A stretch of DNA of 64,000 nucleotides from the human T2T-CHM13v2.0 reference genome, Homo sapiens. Made by a program: the position numbers and the translations under genes. Each line of letters starts with the position of its first letter. Positions within the stretch are counted from its first letter, which is position 1. The notes under the pieces are model-generated. The model did no database searches. It saw only the letters and a program-made list of their open reading frames with translations, and was not told the origin of the DNA. Shown here piece after piece: positions 1-16,933 of this stretch. The stretch lies in assembly GCF_009914755.1 (NCBI RefSeq), contig NC_060928.1. The stretch is one strand, 5' to 3'.

Positions 1-352
<352 letters not shown>

Positions 353-420
353 TTATGGGCTCTCTGTGCCCTGGGCCTCACTTTTTCCATCTGTAGAATG
401 AGAAGACTGGACCATTTCAG

Positions 421-606
421 CAGGGATTCTTTTTGCAAAGGGCCAGATAGTGAATATTCTGGACTCTGCGCAATCTCTGCCGTGTTGCTCAGCTTTGCTG
501 TGGAGCACGTAAAAGCAGCATGGACAACATGTAAATGAATGGTTATGGTTGTATTTCAATAAAACTTTATTTGCAAAAACAGGCAGTGGGCCAGTGCTAA
601 CCCTTG
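421..606 (+). mobile_element. MER58-like hAT-Charlie DNA transposon fossil
   Basis: aaagggccagatagtgaatatt...caataaaactttatttgcaaaaacaggcagtgggcc resembles the MER58A consensus as I recall it. Confidence 0.7.
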
Positions 607-989
607 GTTAGCTGGCGTCTCTCCAGCCCTGGCTTTCTATGGTCCCCTGACTGTTTTGAGAGGTGTAAAGGACCCAGTCATGGTTCTGATTTCCATGCAT
701 TGATGGTGAGCCTTGGCAGGCAGGAGCAACTCAAGGAAGAGAACCTGTACCAGTACCAGTCGGAGCCCGTGTCTCCCTCGCCGTGTGGATGGGGTGGCCA
801 CACCTTCCTCACCGTGTTTTGAGGAGCGAGTGGCCGGAGGCTCAGTAGGGCCTAGCCTAGTGGACATGCCTGGTGTGACCCCATTTCCGCCCCTTCCTTC
901 CTGGCCTGGGTGACAAAGGGAAGTGGGTGAAAGGAGGTGGGCTGGCAGGGAGCATGGGGTGGGAGAGGGTCGGAGAATCTGGAGGCTGA

Positions 990-1163
<174 letters not shown>

Positions 1164-1891
1164 TGAGGCTTAGAACAGCCTCTGGAGGGTTGAGCAGCTT
1201 GTAATGCTGCTTGCTAACTGAACAACTAAAATCTTACCAAACCTAACGCTGGTGATGCTGTTGGGAAATTTCAGTTTCTGTTTTGCTGGTGGCCTTGTCA
1301 TTTTAGACACTGTTTCTGGACTTAACATGGGATATTTAACAGACCAAGCCATTTTCATTCTCTTTGGCTTGTGTTGGTATCTCCAAGTGGTAACTATACA
1401 TCCTGCTTCCCTGCTGGGTTCTGATCCAAACTGAGACATCGATCCTGGGTTCAGCTGAGAGGCAGTTTCCCTGAGGCAAAGCTGGAGACTGTAATGTGGC
1501 CTGCAGTCAGAGTGGCCCATGCCCCTGAGCTGATGTCCGTCGAGTCTGGGCAGACCAGCTGAGGGGCTGTGGGCCCACACAGACCTGGACAAGCATGTTC
1601 ACTTTGGGAGGAGGCAGGCTGACCCTTCATAGATAATCTCTTTCAAACAGAGAGGCAGGGGAGGAAAGGGACGCAGCTCAGGCCAGGGGTGGTGAGTTAG
1701 GACGTTGTCCTGCGCAAGGGAAGTGGCTGTCCCTGGTGCCGTGGGGCAGTGTGCTTCCTGAAGGTTCCACGCCTCAGGGAAAGATGAAAGTGGGTGTCAC
1801 AAAGGTGTTTTTTCTAATGATACCTTTTTTTTCAGATTGTAAGAGTATTTTATGCTTATCATAGAAAACTTGGACTATGTAGAAAACATAA

Positions 1892-2258
<367 letters not shown>

Positions 2259-3228
2259 TTGTATCATATTTTAAGAGTTACATTTATTATACAGAGTCTT
2301 CTCTTTGAAAATTCAACTGATGATTTTGAAAAACTAACAGTGGCATTGTTAGCCAGAATTTCTCACCAACCCAGCCTGCTGATTCCAGAGCAGTTGGAAT
2401 GACCTGGAGGGGGCTCAGGCGGCCCACACGGCTCATTGTTGGGTGCCAGGGATAGCCCAGAGGCTGCTGGGGCAGAGCGTGCAAGGGAGGAGGCCGGTTG
2501 GCCCCGTGTTCCCCCAGCTGCACACACCTTCTGATGTGCAGTTGTGCTTTCTGATTTGAAAAGAAATACATGCTCATGTGGAAAATTTTGGAAATGTTCA
2601 AAAGGAGAAAAACATCCAGACCCCCGTGCCAGTCCTCCTGCCCTCTGCTTGGTTGTGCCAGTGTCCCAGGCCGTTGGGGGTAAAGGGAGGAAGGCAGCTG
2701 CTGACCAGCGGTAAAACCTGCTCTCCCTCTCCCCGCTGTCCAAGCCTTCCTTAGAAAGGGCTGGGCTGTGTGTGAGACAGAGGAAAGCTCTGTAGACACA
2801 GGGGTGGCCCTGCCAGTGCACCCAGGCTGGTGACTGCAGTGAGTCCACCCTGGGTTCAAGACAGCTCTGCCTCTTTCTGACTGTGTGACCTTGAGTGAGC
2901 CAGAACACAGGCCTGTGCCTCCGGGTCTGCACCTCTCAGAGAGGGGAGGAACAGGAAGAGGCTGCCTTCTTCCCGCCAGCATGTAGGGGGCACTTGGGGG
3001 CGTCTGGTGCGAGACCAGTCTGGCCTCCCAGCTGGAGAGTGGGCGTGGCAGGGGCATGGCGCAATGTCCTCTTGAGTCAGATGTCCATGCATCCTTCCCT
3101 GGTCACCAAGTCCTGACACCTTGTATGAGTCTCGCTCGAAAGCCTTCCAGGCAGAGTTGGCAGGGTCAGAGTGGCACCGAAAGCCTAGGCAGGGCACACA
3201 AGGCCTTTGACCATATCCTGTCCCTCAG

Positions 3229-3399
3229 GCATCACGTCCGAGAACGAACGGGAGGTGAGGCAGCTCTCCTCCGAGACCGACCTGGAGAGGGCCGTGCGCA
3301 AGGCAGCCCTGGTCATGTACTGGAAGCTCAACCCCAAGAAGAAGAAGCAGGTGGCCGTGGCGGAGCTGCTGGAGAATGTCGGCCAGGTCAACGAGCACG
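3229..3399 (+). CDS. WFS1: wolframin coding exon 5 (171 bp; [57 protein letters not shown])
   Basis: Acceptor tccctcag|GC and donor G|gtgcga. Phase matches exons 4 and 6; overlaps ORF 3207..3473. Confidence 0.97.
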
Positions 3400-3409
3400 G
3401 TGCGAGGAT

Positions 3410-3580
3410 TCACCCTGGGCACCAGCCTTCCCTGGGCGCCAGCCTTCCCACAGGAGCCAGGACCTTCCCATAGGGGCTGGGACCTTCCCTCAGGGGCTGG
3501 GTCTTCCCACAGGAGCCGGGACCTTCCCTGTGAGGACAGGGGCCTTCCTTGTGGGGACCAGGGGACCAGAACCTTCCTGT
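3410..3580. repeat. degenerate ~20-24 bp tandem repeat (ggaccttccc core) just after WFS1 exon 5
   Basis: Repeated units agccttccc, ggaccttccc and ggccttcct. Confidence 0.75.
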
Positions 3581-3929
3581 AGAGACCGTGCCCTAGTGGT
3601 GAGGTGTGTGGGTGGCATTTTGACAGCATCTGCCCTGGCTCAAGTGCTCACTCACTGAATAAACCAGAGGGTATTCTGCCCAGTGCTCTGTGACCACGTC
3701 TACCAATGGGACGGACTGTGTCCATCACCAAGTGGGAGCACGCTACGTGGCGCTGAGTCCACCCCAGCTACTGGAGGTGCAGAGGTGTGGCCCCTGCTCT
3801 GCCTGCCCTGGGGGCCCTATGATCCCCAGAACGTAGGATGCCCCTGGAACTGGCGTGCCCTAGGAACAGTGCGCCAGTTTCTGGTGGGCTGCAGGGCACG
3901 AGGAGATAGTCAACTTGTCTGACTGTTAA

Positions 3930-4478
<549 letters not shown>

Positions 4479-6307
4479 TAGGCCCTTTGTAGGTAGGCAG
4501 GGAACAGAGTGGGCAGAGCCTAGGTTGGGGGATAGAGTCTCTGGGGCACACTGAGCTGGGGGTGCCTCTGGGATGTTTGTGGTCAAAGACTGAGAAGAGA
4601 CGTCACATCTTCCACGTGCAGCTGGCCAGCCTCACTGTCTTCCATCCACGTGGGGTAGACTCTGCAGTCTGAGGCACTGGGAGCTCCTGTCCTGGAGAAG
4701 ATAGACAGGCAGGAGGCTCGGGGGCTCAGTATCAATGGGGGGATGGGCCAAGACCCAGGTCTGCCACAGACTCTTCTTGTGACATGGGCAGGTCTCATTT
4801 TTCTTTCTGGGTGTCAGTTTCTCCTTCTGAACAGTGAGATGATCAGACGAGGGGACTGAAGGACCTCGCCCATCCTAGAAGCCTCTGTGGCATGTAGGGC
4901 AGAGTACAGGTAGGAGCACAGATCCCACCTTCCCGCTGGGCCCGTGAGGAAACCGTCCAGAGGGTGTGGTCAGAGCCCTCGCCTCTGCGTGGGCGGACAT
5001 GGGTGCTTGCGCTGCTGTTTTCCTGCTCCATTTGGGGGAGACAAAGAAACACCTCACATGGAAATGGGAAGAAATCTGTGACTCTAGGAAGCCCGAGGAC
5101 CAGAGAGGCTGTGACAGTGTCCTGCCACCGAGGTGGCATGGTGCCTGCTGTCCTGAAGTGAGGTGCCTCTGGGCAGGAGCAGCCCAGCCTGGGTCTCCAT
5201 CCTGGGGGGCACTGCAGGCAGAGTCTGGACCCCAACCTCACTTCCCAGTCCCACAGGGGTTTGTGATGAGCCGGGCACACCTGCTGCTGGGCCCTGTCGC
5301 TGTTGCTGGGGGCGAGTTAGGAGTCAGCGCTGCCAGCCTGTGGTCCCCTCCGCCAGGCCCTCAGGGACGGGGCCCCAGCACCCCCATTGTTACCCCTCTA
5401 TCAGAACGTTCCCATCAGGCATCATCTGTTTCTCTGCCAGCTTTTCCAACAGAACTCCCAGAAAGGGGCGTCTGTCATCCCCTTCTCTCGTCCTCCGTCC
5501 TTTGCTCTCAGGCCTCTGCCACGTTATTCCACCAAAGCGGCTCGTCTAGGCCATCAGTGACCCCCTTGCTCAGTCACTTCTTGTCCTTGTCTGACTTGAT
5601 CTGTCAGCAGCGTGGGCAGAGATGAGTGCTCTTCTCCTTAGAGCCCTCTCCCCCACCAGGCCCGGGGCCCTTGCTGCCACACTGGCTGCTCCTTCTTGGG
5701 GTCCCTAGACTGATGTCCTGTCTCTCAGGAGAGGACATCCTGCCCAAGGTATTCGTCCCTATGAGGACAGGGGCCTTCCTTGTGGGGACCAGGGTCTTCC
5801 CGTAGGGACTGTGCTCTGGTAGGGAGATGTGTGGGTGGCATTGGTGACCACTCTCGTGTGTCAGACGCTGTCCTGAACCCGCAAGCACCCAGCCCGCCCA
5901 GGCTGCATCCAGCCCGTGCTCCTTCCACATCTCCTGTACCTGGCTGTCCCATGGTCACCTCACAGCTCAGTCTACAGTGAGCTACTGAGGCCTGTGGTAC
6001 CTGCCACTTGTGTGGGCCCCCCCAAGGCTGCCTCATCTCTTTGCTGCAGCTACGCCTGGGTGCTGCCCCGACTCCTCTCCTCTTGCACACACAGCTGATC
6101 CATTAGGAGGTCTGTCAGCGCCCACTATCACGGCTGCCATCTTGGATGCAGCCTGCCTCCTCCCTAGGGTTTCTGCAGCACCCTGGCTTGTCTCCCTCTG
6201 CCCTGCCCCAGCATGGTCCTTTCTTTCCCATCCTTCCCCTGGAGGCCCTCCTGGTCACCATCTCACCACGGCAACTGGGGTCCTTCAGAGGCCTCATTCC
6301 CTCCTAG

Positions 6308-6645
6308 GGGATCATGTTGGATAGAGGGGTCAGTGGGCACGTAGCTCTCGCGGATCACGTTGGATGGAGGGATCAGTGGGCACGTAGCAGGCTCTTGGTG
6401 GAAGATGTTGGATGGAGGGGTAAGTCGGCCCATGGCAGGACGCATGTTGAATGGACGGGTTAGCAGGCATGTAGTAGGCCCATGGCAGACACTTGTTGGA
6501 TGGAGGTGTCGCAGGCACATAGGTGTGTGGCAGATCATGTTGGATGGAGCGGTTTAGCAGGTGCACAGTAGGCCCTGGGTGGATCACGTTGAATGGAGGG
6601 GTTGGGGGCGCAGATCATGTTCGATGGAGCGGTTGGCAGGGTGCT
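6308..6645. repeat. degenerate minisatellite, about 8 units with core (gatc)atgttggatggagg
   Basis: The core recurs every ~30-50 bp. Confidence 0.85.
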
Positions 6646-6760
6646 GCCCTACAGGGCGGCTTGTCACCCGTGCTGTGAGAAGCCCCACGCTGGCTGAAGA
6701 GGAGGGTGTCAGCATGCACTGGAGGTGCATGTTGTAAGGCTTGGCAGGTGAACTGGGTGA

Positions 6761-7459
<699 letters not shown>

Positions 7460-8850
7460 TAGGATGGCAAGCAAGGGGCCCCTGGGTCTTTCTGTGCAGT
7501 GTAGGGGGCAGTGGGGCGGGCTGGACGCAGACTTTCATCTAGACTTCATCACTTAGCAGATTTCTCCATGTATGGTCCAGAGTGGAGGCCAGTGCCTTGA
7601 AGATGCCTTCCCCGAAAACAAAGTGCCGTGTCCGTCAGGCCAGGGAGGACGTGCAGAGGCGCCTACTGCCCCTGGATCTGCAAGGGCTCAGGGAGCGAGG
7701 CCAGTGTGGGAGCGTGGTGGGTGACACTTGTGCAGGGTGCCATTGGGCACACCTGGAGGACATGAGCAGCTTTGGCGGCAGGAGGAAAGCGGGGAGCGGG
7801 GAGCGGGAAGCCCAGCAGTGCGGGCCCTACTCCTGGCCTGACAGCTTGTTTTCTTGGCCATGTGGCCCTATGGCCTCTCACAGAGTTGCTCACAGTTCAG
7901 CTCGCATGGTTGAATTAGATGTGTGCCTGTCTCACTCTGCAGAGACCACCAGGATTTCCAGAAGCTTGGCCTCCTGACCCAGGATCCCCAAGCTGAGGCC
8001 AGCACAGGGGGCCCCAGCAGATGATTGTCACAGAGGCTGCGGGCAGTATCATGCAGGCACCCTGGGGTTCTGTCTTCTGAACTGACTGAGAACCTGGAGG
8101 AACTGCCATCATTGTATTCAGATGGGCGCGTGAGTCAGGGCCAGGACCAGGAGATGGTTGGGCCACCAACTGTCAGGCAGGCAGCAGGCTGAAAGGTCAC
8201 CGTCCTCGAGCCAGGGAGAAGGTCAGAGTAGGCCCGCCCTCCGGTGGGGGGGAAGAGCAGGAACCCAGGTGCTGCAGGAGCAGCTTCAGCCCAAAGAGCA
8301 GCAGGCACAGCAGCCCTGCTGCAGGGACTCGGAGCCAGACAGGTCTGAGTGTGAGCCCCCCGAGTGCCCAGAGCTGCGAGTCCTTTAGGGTGGCAGGTGG
8401 AAGGCTCTGCTCCTCCCACTTGGGACAGGCTGTATGTCCAGGGTATGACACCGACCGGTCTGCAGAGGTTCTGAGACATGGGCCAGGATGGCCAAGAACT
8501 TGAACCAAGGGAGCACATGGTTTTTACTGATGGTCTGCTCAGAGCTGGCCCTAGGCAAGCATATTCACAGATTGGGTGCCATCATCTCCTTACTAATGGG
8601 AGATGAGGAAGCTGGGGTGCTGGCATGGTTTTGGCAAAGACACTCCCGAAATGAGAGTGAGGGTCACAGGTGAATGGGTTAACTTGGAGAAGACCCTTGG
8701 GCCAGGCGGCCATGGCCCAGGTGTCCCAGTTTATGCCATCTGGTGTAAGTACTATTATAATAATGCCTCCTTGCATATGCGTCCTGTTCGGAAAATTATG
8801 TCACCTAGTTATGGATGGTGAGTCTAGTGTTGTGTAGCATCTGAAAATCC

Positions 8851-9154
<304 letters not shown>

Positions 9155-10582
9155 TGAAAGTCCTTTTTAGAAGGGAGAGATTTAAGCTGTTTTGACAAGA
9201 AGTAAACAAGACTCTGTTTCCCTTTAGTTTTGGATGCTGTCAGAGCACTTCGATTCCTTTGCAGTTTGTCTTCTTAGAAGTCTCTTGTGAGGGAGGCAAT
9301 GAATCGTCACAAGCGTCTCCCAGGGCTGAGAGCTGTCCCACCTTTTAGTAGCCTTTTGTAGAACAAGGAGAGGTCTTCACTCAAAGTGAAAATGACAGAC
9401 ACCTCTTTGTGAGCCACCCTTACTCCCACAAAGAATGTTCCAGACTCCACACAGTTCTCTTCTGGAGCCTGGAGGTGCAAGCTGTCATCGTAGATAGAAT
9501 CCTCTGAAAACAAACTTAATATCTTAAAATCGTAACATTTTTAACATTACATAATTGGAAGATCCGACACGGGAACATTTTTGCCCACAGGTTTGAGCAG
9601 AATCTCGTCTCGGCTCCCTTCCCCAGCCTGCCTTCTTCACGGGTCCGCTGGGCCATCGGTGTGGTGACGCTGCTTCCTGGTTTCTCATGGCAGCAGAAGG
9701 GCCGATCACCACAGGCCCAGACAGAGAGCTCTGCAGTGTTCTATTCATAGAGGCAGACTCCTCATAGTTTTTAAGTTTCGTTCTTTTTCCATCTCAGGAG
9801 TTGAATTTGTTTGGACCTTCTTTGCAGAAAAGGAGACTGAACTTTTTAATCCCATGTCAGAGGAAGGTCTTGGGTGTACATTGCAGGGAGCAGAAATTGG
9901 GGCTTTAAAAAGGGGATCGTTCCCTGGTCATCGAGTTCAGGTGGGGGACCAGCCCCTCCACACTGTCCAAGCAGAGGCTAGACGCCATCCAACGTAATGT
10001 TCTAGAATATTCCTTGTCTTTTAAAGGCCCTCTCAACCAGGTGGTTGTGTGTGTTCTAGGCAAAAGAATGTGCATGGCTTTGAGTAAGACAGGATTTCAG
10101 ATTTATTTTTACCAAGGCCACCCCCTTGCTACCGTGGCGGTCGTGCGTGAAACTGGTGGTGAGCAGTGGCGGGCCAGGCCACCTTTAGTTGTCCTGCTGT
10201 TCGCAAGGCCCCTGTACGGGGATTAACTGAGCAGCCTGCTGGCTGACGCACATGTTGACTCGTGTAGCTGTTGATTTTAGCCAGCTGGCCTGGCGTCATA
10301 CTACAGGGGCTTGCCCCAAACAAACCCTGGAGTAGGTTGGTTTTCATAAATGCCCTCTGGCTCTCTGGCAAGCGTTGGAAATGCCCTCAAACCCTGTAGT
10401 GCCTGGTCTTCCCTGGCCATCTCCTGGCAGTGTGAGCGCCTCTCTGCTCATGTAGAAGGTTGTTGACCCCAGAGAGAGCTAGGGGAGCTGTTAGCTGCTT
10501 TAATCGTTTATTTGCTTGTTATAAAACAGAGATTAAGTGGACTGTCACAAATATACATGAAGCAGCAGAGCTGTTCCCCCAC

Positions 10583-10750
10583 GTGTAGACGTGCATGCAC
10601 ACACTCCTAAACACTTCCGTTTCTTCCATGAGCCTGTCCTTCTCATCTGTGGAAGGCTCAGTCTGTGTAGACATGCATGCACACACTCATAACACTTCCG
10701 TTTCCTCCATGAGCCTGCCCCTCTCCTCTCATCTGTGGAAGACTCAGTCT
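10583..10750. repeat. ~82-bp tandem duplication
   Basis: gtgtagac(g/a)tgcatgcacacactc...ctcatctgtggaag(g/a)ctcagtct at 10583 and 10665. Confidence 0.9.
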
Positions 10751-11429
10751 TCTGGTTGTTTCCAGGTGTCCTGGTCCTCCAGAGCTGATAGCCAGGCTGT
10801 TGGCAGGTGAGGGCCACATTCTGGTGTTGTCACCTAGTTGCCATTCACCTGGGATCCCTCCTTGGCCTTCTGGTGGGCCTGGTGGAGAGAACCTGCCCCA
10901 GGGGATTTGTGGGGTCTGGTGCTTCCCCGAGGCCCGGAGCTGATGGGGGGCTCCAGCCTGGATGTGTCATGTAGCCCCTCAGTGGGCCCTGGACATGCAG
11001 CCAGGCTTCCCTACCCCCATGTGGGGCCGCCCCCTAGGCGTCCACTTCCTGGTGTTGGTCCAGGCCCCTGGCACTTCTGAAGATGCACAGAACCTGCTTT
11101 GTATGCCACGCCATGCTGTGTGAGCACTGGCACCATGGCCACTTTGTCCCCCATCCCCTCCAGTCCCTCTGCCTGGCTGCCCTGTGTTCTGGCAGGGCTC
11201 AGGGCCTCTGAGTTCTGCACAGACCAGGAAGGCATGAGGGCTGGCCCTGGGTGGCAGCGCTGCTTCACCCCATCCTGAGGCTGCTCCCAGCATGCCTCCC
11301 TCAGCCCTCTGCTCCTCTTGGCTGTGGTGAAGGCCAAGAGCTCTTTCTGACCTTAGCACTGCATGCAGAGCAGGGGAGCAGGACCCACAGGTCGGGGGAA
11401 GGCAGCCTTTGGCCTTGACTATGGGGAGG

Positions 11430-12015
11430 TAGGGGTGCGCTGGTGTGTATGTGTAGGTGCACACGTGTAGGGGTGGGTGTGCATGTGTGAGGGTGCACGT
11501 GTGGGGGTGGGTGTGCACGTGTGTGTAGGGGTGGGTTGCGTGTGTGTGAATGTGTATAGGGGTGGGTTGTGTGAATGTGTGTGTGTAGGGGTGGGTTGCG
11601 TGTGTGTGAATGTGTGTGTAGGGGTGGGTTGTTTGAATGCAGGTAGGTTGCGTGTGTGTGTGTAGGGGTGGGTTGCGTGTGTGTGAATGTGTGTGTAGGG
11701 GTGGGTTGTTTGCGGGTAGGTTGCGTGTGTGTGAATGTGTGTGTAGGGGTGGGTTGTGTGAATGCAGGTAGGTTGCGTGTGTGTGTGTAGGGGTGGGTTG
11801 CGTGTGTGTGAATGTGTGTGTAGGGGTGGGTTGTTTGAATGCGGGTAGGTTGCGTGTGTGTGAATGTGTATAGGGGTGGGTTGTGTGAATGCGTGTGTGT
11901 AGGGGTGGGCTGCATGTGTGTGTGTAGGGGTGGGTTGTGTGTGTGTATGGGGTGGGTTTGTGTGAATGCGTGTGTGTAGGGGTGGGTTGCGTGTGTGTGT
12001 GTGCACGTGTGTGTA
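11430..12015. repeat. G/T-rich VNTR ((tg)n-aggggtgggttg units) in WFS1 intron 7
   Basis: About 15 ggggtggg cores separated by (tg)n and gaat spacers. Confidence 0.95.
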
Positions 12016-12553
12016 CGGGCAGAAGGTGGCCTGGCAGCTGCTTCTCAGGGTCTCCGGCCATAGGGAGGGCAGCTCACCCGGCAGCCCCGTGCAGCTGAAC
12101 GGTATTTTTGCTGGGAGAGTGGTGCTGGGCCCTCTGCCTGTGTCTGCACTGAACTCCCTTTCCCTAATGCTTGCTCTGCCACCCCTCCGGGGACTGCCTG
12201 CGGCTTCTCCTCCTCGTAAGGATCGCCATTTCCCTTCATGGAGGCTCAGGGAGGTGACATCCTTGCTGTAGTGCAGAGCTGGGTCACAAAACCAGCTCCC
12301 AGACAGGCATCTCAGGGCTCCGTCATCTCTTCATGTGGGTGACCCTGAGGGGAGGGAAGTGGGGAGCCCGTGGGTCCCTCCAGTGCTGGAGGTCTTGCAG
12401 GGAGAGAAGCACACATGCATCTAGTCACGCTGGTAGAAGGTGGGGAGCCAGGCACGGGGCAGAGGGGGGCTCCAGGCCCAGAAGAGGGAGGGCTCACAGG
12501 GACTGCGAGCATGGGGAGGGCCACGTGGAGAAGGGGGGAGGGAGGACCACTAG

Positions 12554-14500
<1,947 letters not shown>

Positions 14501-15297
14501 GGATGGTCCGCCACGAGGAGCTTCCAGTGCATGTTGCCATGAGGCCCTTCCCCAGTGTGGCCCCAGCCCGACAGGCATGCACCAGTGCCGTCTGTGCCCA
14601 CGTGTGCAGACTGTGGCTGCAGAGACCTTGCGACCATGTGTAGATTGCATGGACCCCGACAAAGGGAAGGCTGCTGTGTAGCTCTGTCCACTCTGAATAC
14701 CAAGTGTGTTGGGAATTGCATGCCATCTCCACCCTGAGCCTGACCTTTCTGAGTGACATGGGTGTGCCAGGCTAGACTAGGAGGTTCCGGTGTCTGGAAA
14801 AGCACTTTACAGATGAGATTCCCTCTCCTCCCCCACCTTCAAGCACCCTGTTCCCTCTTTCTTTCTTTTGTGTTGGATTTGTTTAAAAACCAAATAAGCA
14901 TCTGTGTAACCTCCACAGTAGCATTTCTTATTTGTTTGGTCACTGCTACACCTTAGCAGCTCTTCCCCTTTCCTGGGGGATGTGCACGGCAGCTTGAGCC
15001 TGTCACGTGGTCAAGGCCCGGCCCCATCAGAGGCTGGGGGAGGCGGCACATTGGCAGTGTGTCACACTGAGCTGGGCACCACAGGCTGCCTCATGACCCT
15101 CCTCTCCAGCAGGTAGTGGGTGAATGTGTGAAGGTCTTGCCTGAATCCATCAGGACTTGGGAAACAGAGAACCCTGTGGGGGTGGCTGTGGGGGAGGTCC
15201 CTGCCAGTGTTTAGAAGAGCCTGACTGTGTTCAGTGCCTTGGAGCAGAAAGCCAGGGTCCTGAGTGGCTGAAATAAAAGCCTCTGGTGGAACCTGCA
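14501..15297 (+). other. WFS1: WFS1 3'UTR
   Basis: Runs from the stop codon to about 20 nt past AATAAA; a U-rich tract follows (15301-15340). Confidence 0.85.
15272..15277 (+). terminator. WFS1: WFS1 polyadenylation signal AATAAA
   Basis: First AATAAA I found after the stop codon, followed by the U-rich element ctttccttcctttcttt. Confidence 0.85.
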
Positions 15298-16048
15298 GCG
15301 CTTTCCTTCCTTTCTTTACCGAAAAGAAGTCTTTCTTGTACGTGCGTGAGAATCAGCAGAGCCTGCACTCCTGTTGAATGAAATGCAAGTGCAATTTGAG
15401 TTATAAAAGAGCAAGGTTGATGTTTCACAGTTGATGGCTTCCTGCCACAGCGAGACCCTGGCTTCATCTCCAGCTGGAGGGGCCCCTGGGGCATCTGCCG
15501 TAACTGTGGGGTGGCCTGGGCATGGGCTGCCTGTGCAGAGAGACCTGTGCTGAAGGTGACCATGGAGTGTCAGCCCAGCCATCTTCAGATCTTACTGAGC
15601 GGAAAGTGCACGGTCATAATTATCTTTGAATTCCAGTTACCCATGAAGTGGAGCCTACAGGGTGATTGATGGCGTGGGGGCTGCTGTCCATGCGGGAGTG
15701 TGTTGTGAAACCACCTCCTGTGTTCCCTAACCTGCAGTGATGACCCCATGGGATTATAATCAGAACTTAGTCATTTGGGGGCACCCGAGCAGCTGCAGGC
15801 CCCTCAGCAAACCTCACCCCTCTTGGGCAGCCTGTCTGTCCCAGCCCCTTGGGTCTTTGGTGTCTTCCCTGAGGTTGAGGACGTGGCCTGTACCTGCTCC
15901 TGTCCCCCGTAGGCTGGGCTGCTCTCTGCTGGGCACCAGGCCTCACCTCTTTGCTGTGGGTGGGAAGCGTCGAGTGGTCACACGATCTGGCTTGGCCACC
16001 TGGTGTTGCCATGCAGGATGTGGTTGCTCCATTTTCCTTGGACGACAC

Positions 16049-16241
16049 TGGGTGGTGGCAGCTACACCCGACACTGTCCTCTCATCCTGGTTTGTCCTGC
16101 CTGGAGGGGCTGCGTGAAACCACACGAGAGGCTCAGGTGGTGTCATCACTCCGAGCCACGGGTGGTGGAAGCTGCACCCCCACACTGTCCTCTGCGTGAA
16201 ACCACACGAGAGGCTCAGGAGGTGTCATCACTCCGAGCCAC
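16049..16241. repeat. tandem duplication with a near-identical 50-bp core
   Basis: ctgcgtgaaaccacacgagaggctcagg(t/a)ggtgtcatcactccgagccac at ~16110 and ~16192, each preceded by gggtggtgg(c/a)agct(a/g)cacc...cactgtcctct. Confidence 0.9.
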
Positions 16242-16845
16242 ATGCTCGCCCCTGGGTTTCTTTCCCAGGCAATGAGATGAGGTTGGGGTTCAGCCTCATT
16301 TCCTCTCCCCATTCTGTGGATTTGTGAAGCCATGGAAGGCCCTCGCCCTGTGACTCTGCCCCCAGGATCCCCACTGACTGCAGAGGAGGGAAGTCGCCTG
16401 ATGCTTTCCAAGTGAACAAAGATGACAACACAGCATCTCCCTCACAACACCTGGATGAGGAAGATGCTCCAACATCCCCCATCTACAGAAGACGGCACCG
16501 AGGTTCAGAGTGGAGGCCATAGCACATTAGCACGTTATCACATGGCACATAGCAGAGCAGGAAGGACAGAGCTCTGCCTGTCCCCTTCCCCTGGGCCACC
16601 ACACTGCCACTCAGCATCCACAATTAGTTTCTAACCAACCGGCAGAGGCACAGGTTGGAGGAGAAGTGGTGCTGTCTTTTGGGCAGAGTCCAGAATGGGC
16701 ATGGTCCCGGGTTCCACTCATTCTGCCACAAACCCCTGTGCCACCCGGCACCATTTAACACCTGTCCCCAGGCCTCAGTGTCCCAATCTGTAAAACGGAA
16801 AGCCTGGGCTAAGTTAGTGGTTTTCAAAACTTCTTAGCAACACCG

Positions 16846-16933
16846 TTTTTGTTTGTTTGTTTGTTTGAAATAGGGTCTCACTTTGTCACCCAGGCTGGAG
16901 TGTAGTGCTATCTCGGCTCACTGCAGCCTCCAC
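16846..16933 (-). mobile_element. short 3' Alu fragment
   Basis: (tttg)n then tagggtctcactttgtcacccaggctggagtgtagtg...ctgcagcctcc; similarity stops there. Confidence 0.85.

Noticed and set aside
6308-6645. CRISPR-like repeat-spacer appearance
   Set aside because: Human intron, degenerate repeats, spacers related to each other and of uneven length, and no cas genes.
10979-12061. 360, 204 and 195 aa His/Thr/Pro-rich ORFs
   Set aside because: Translations of the (TG)n/G-run VNTR, open in all three minus-strand frames.
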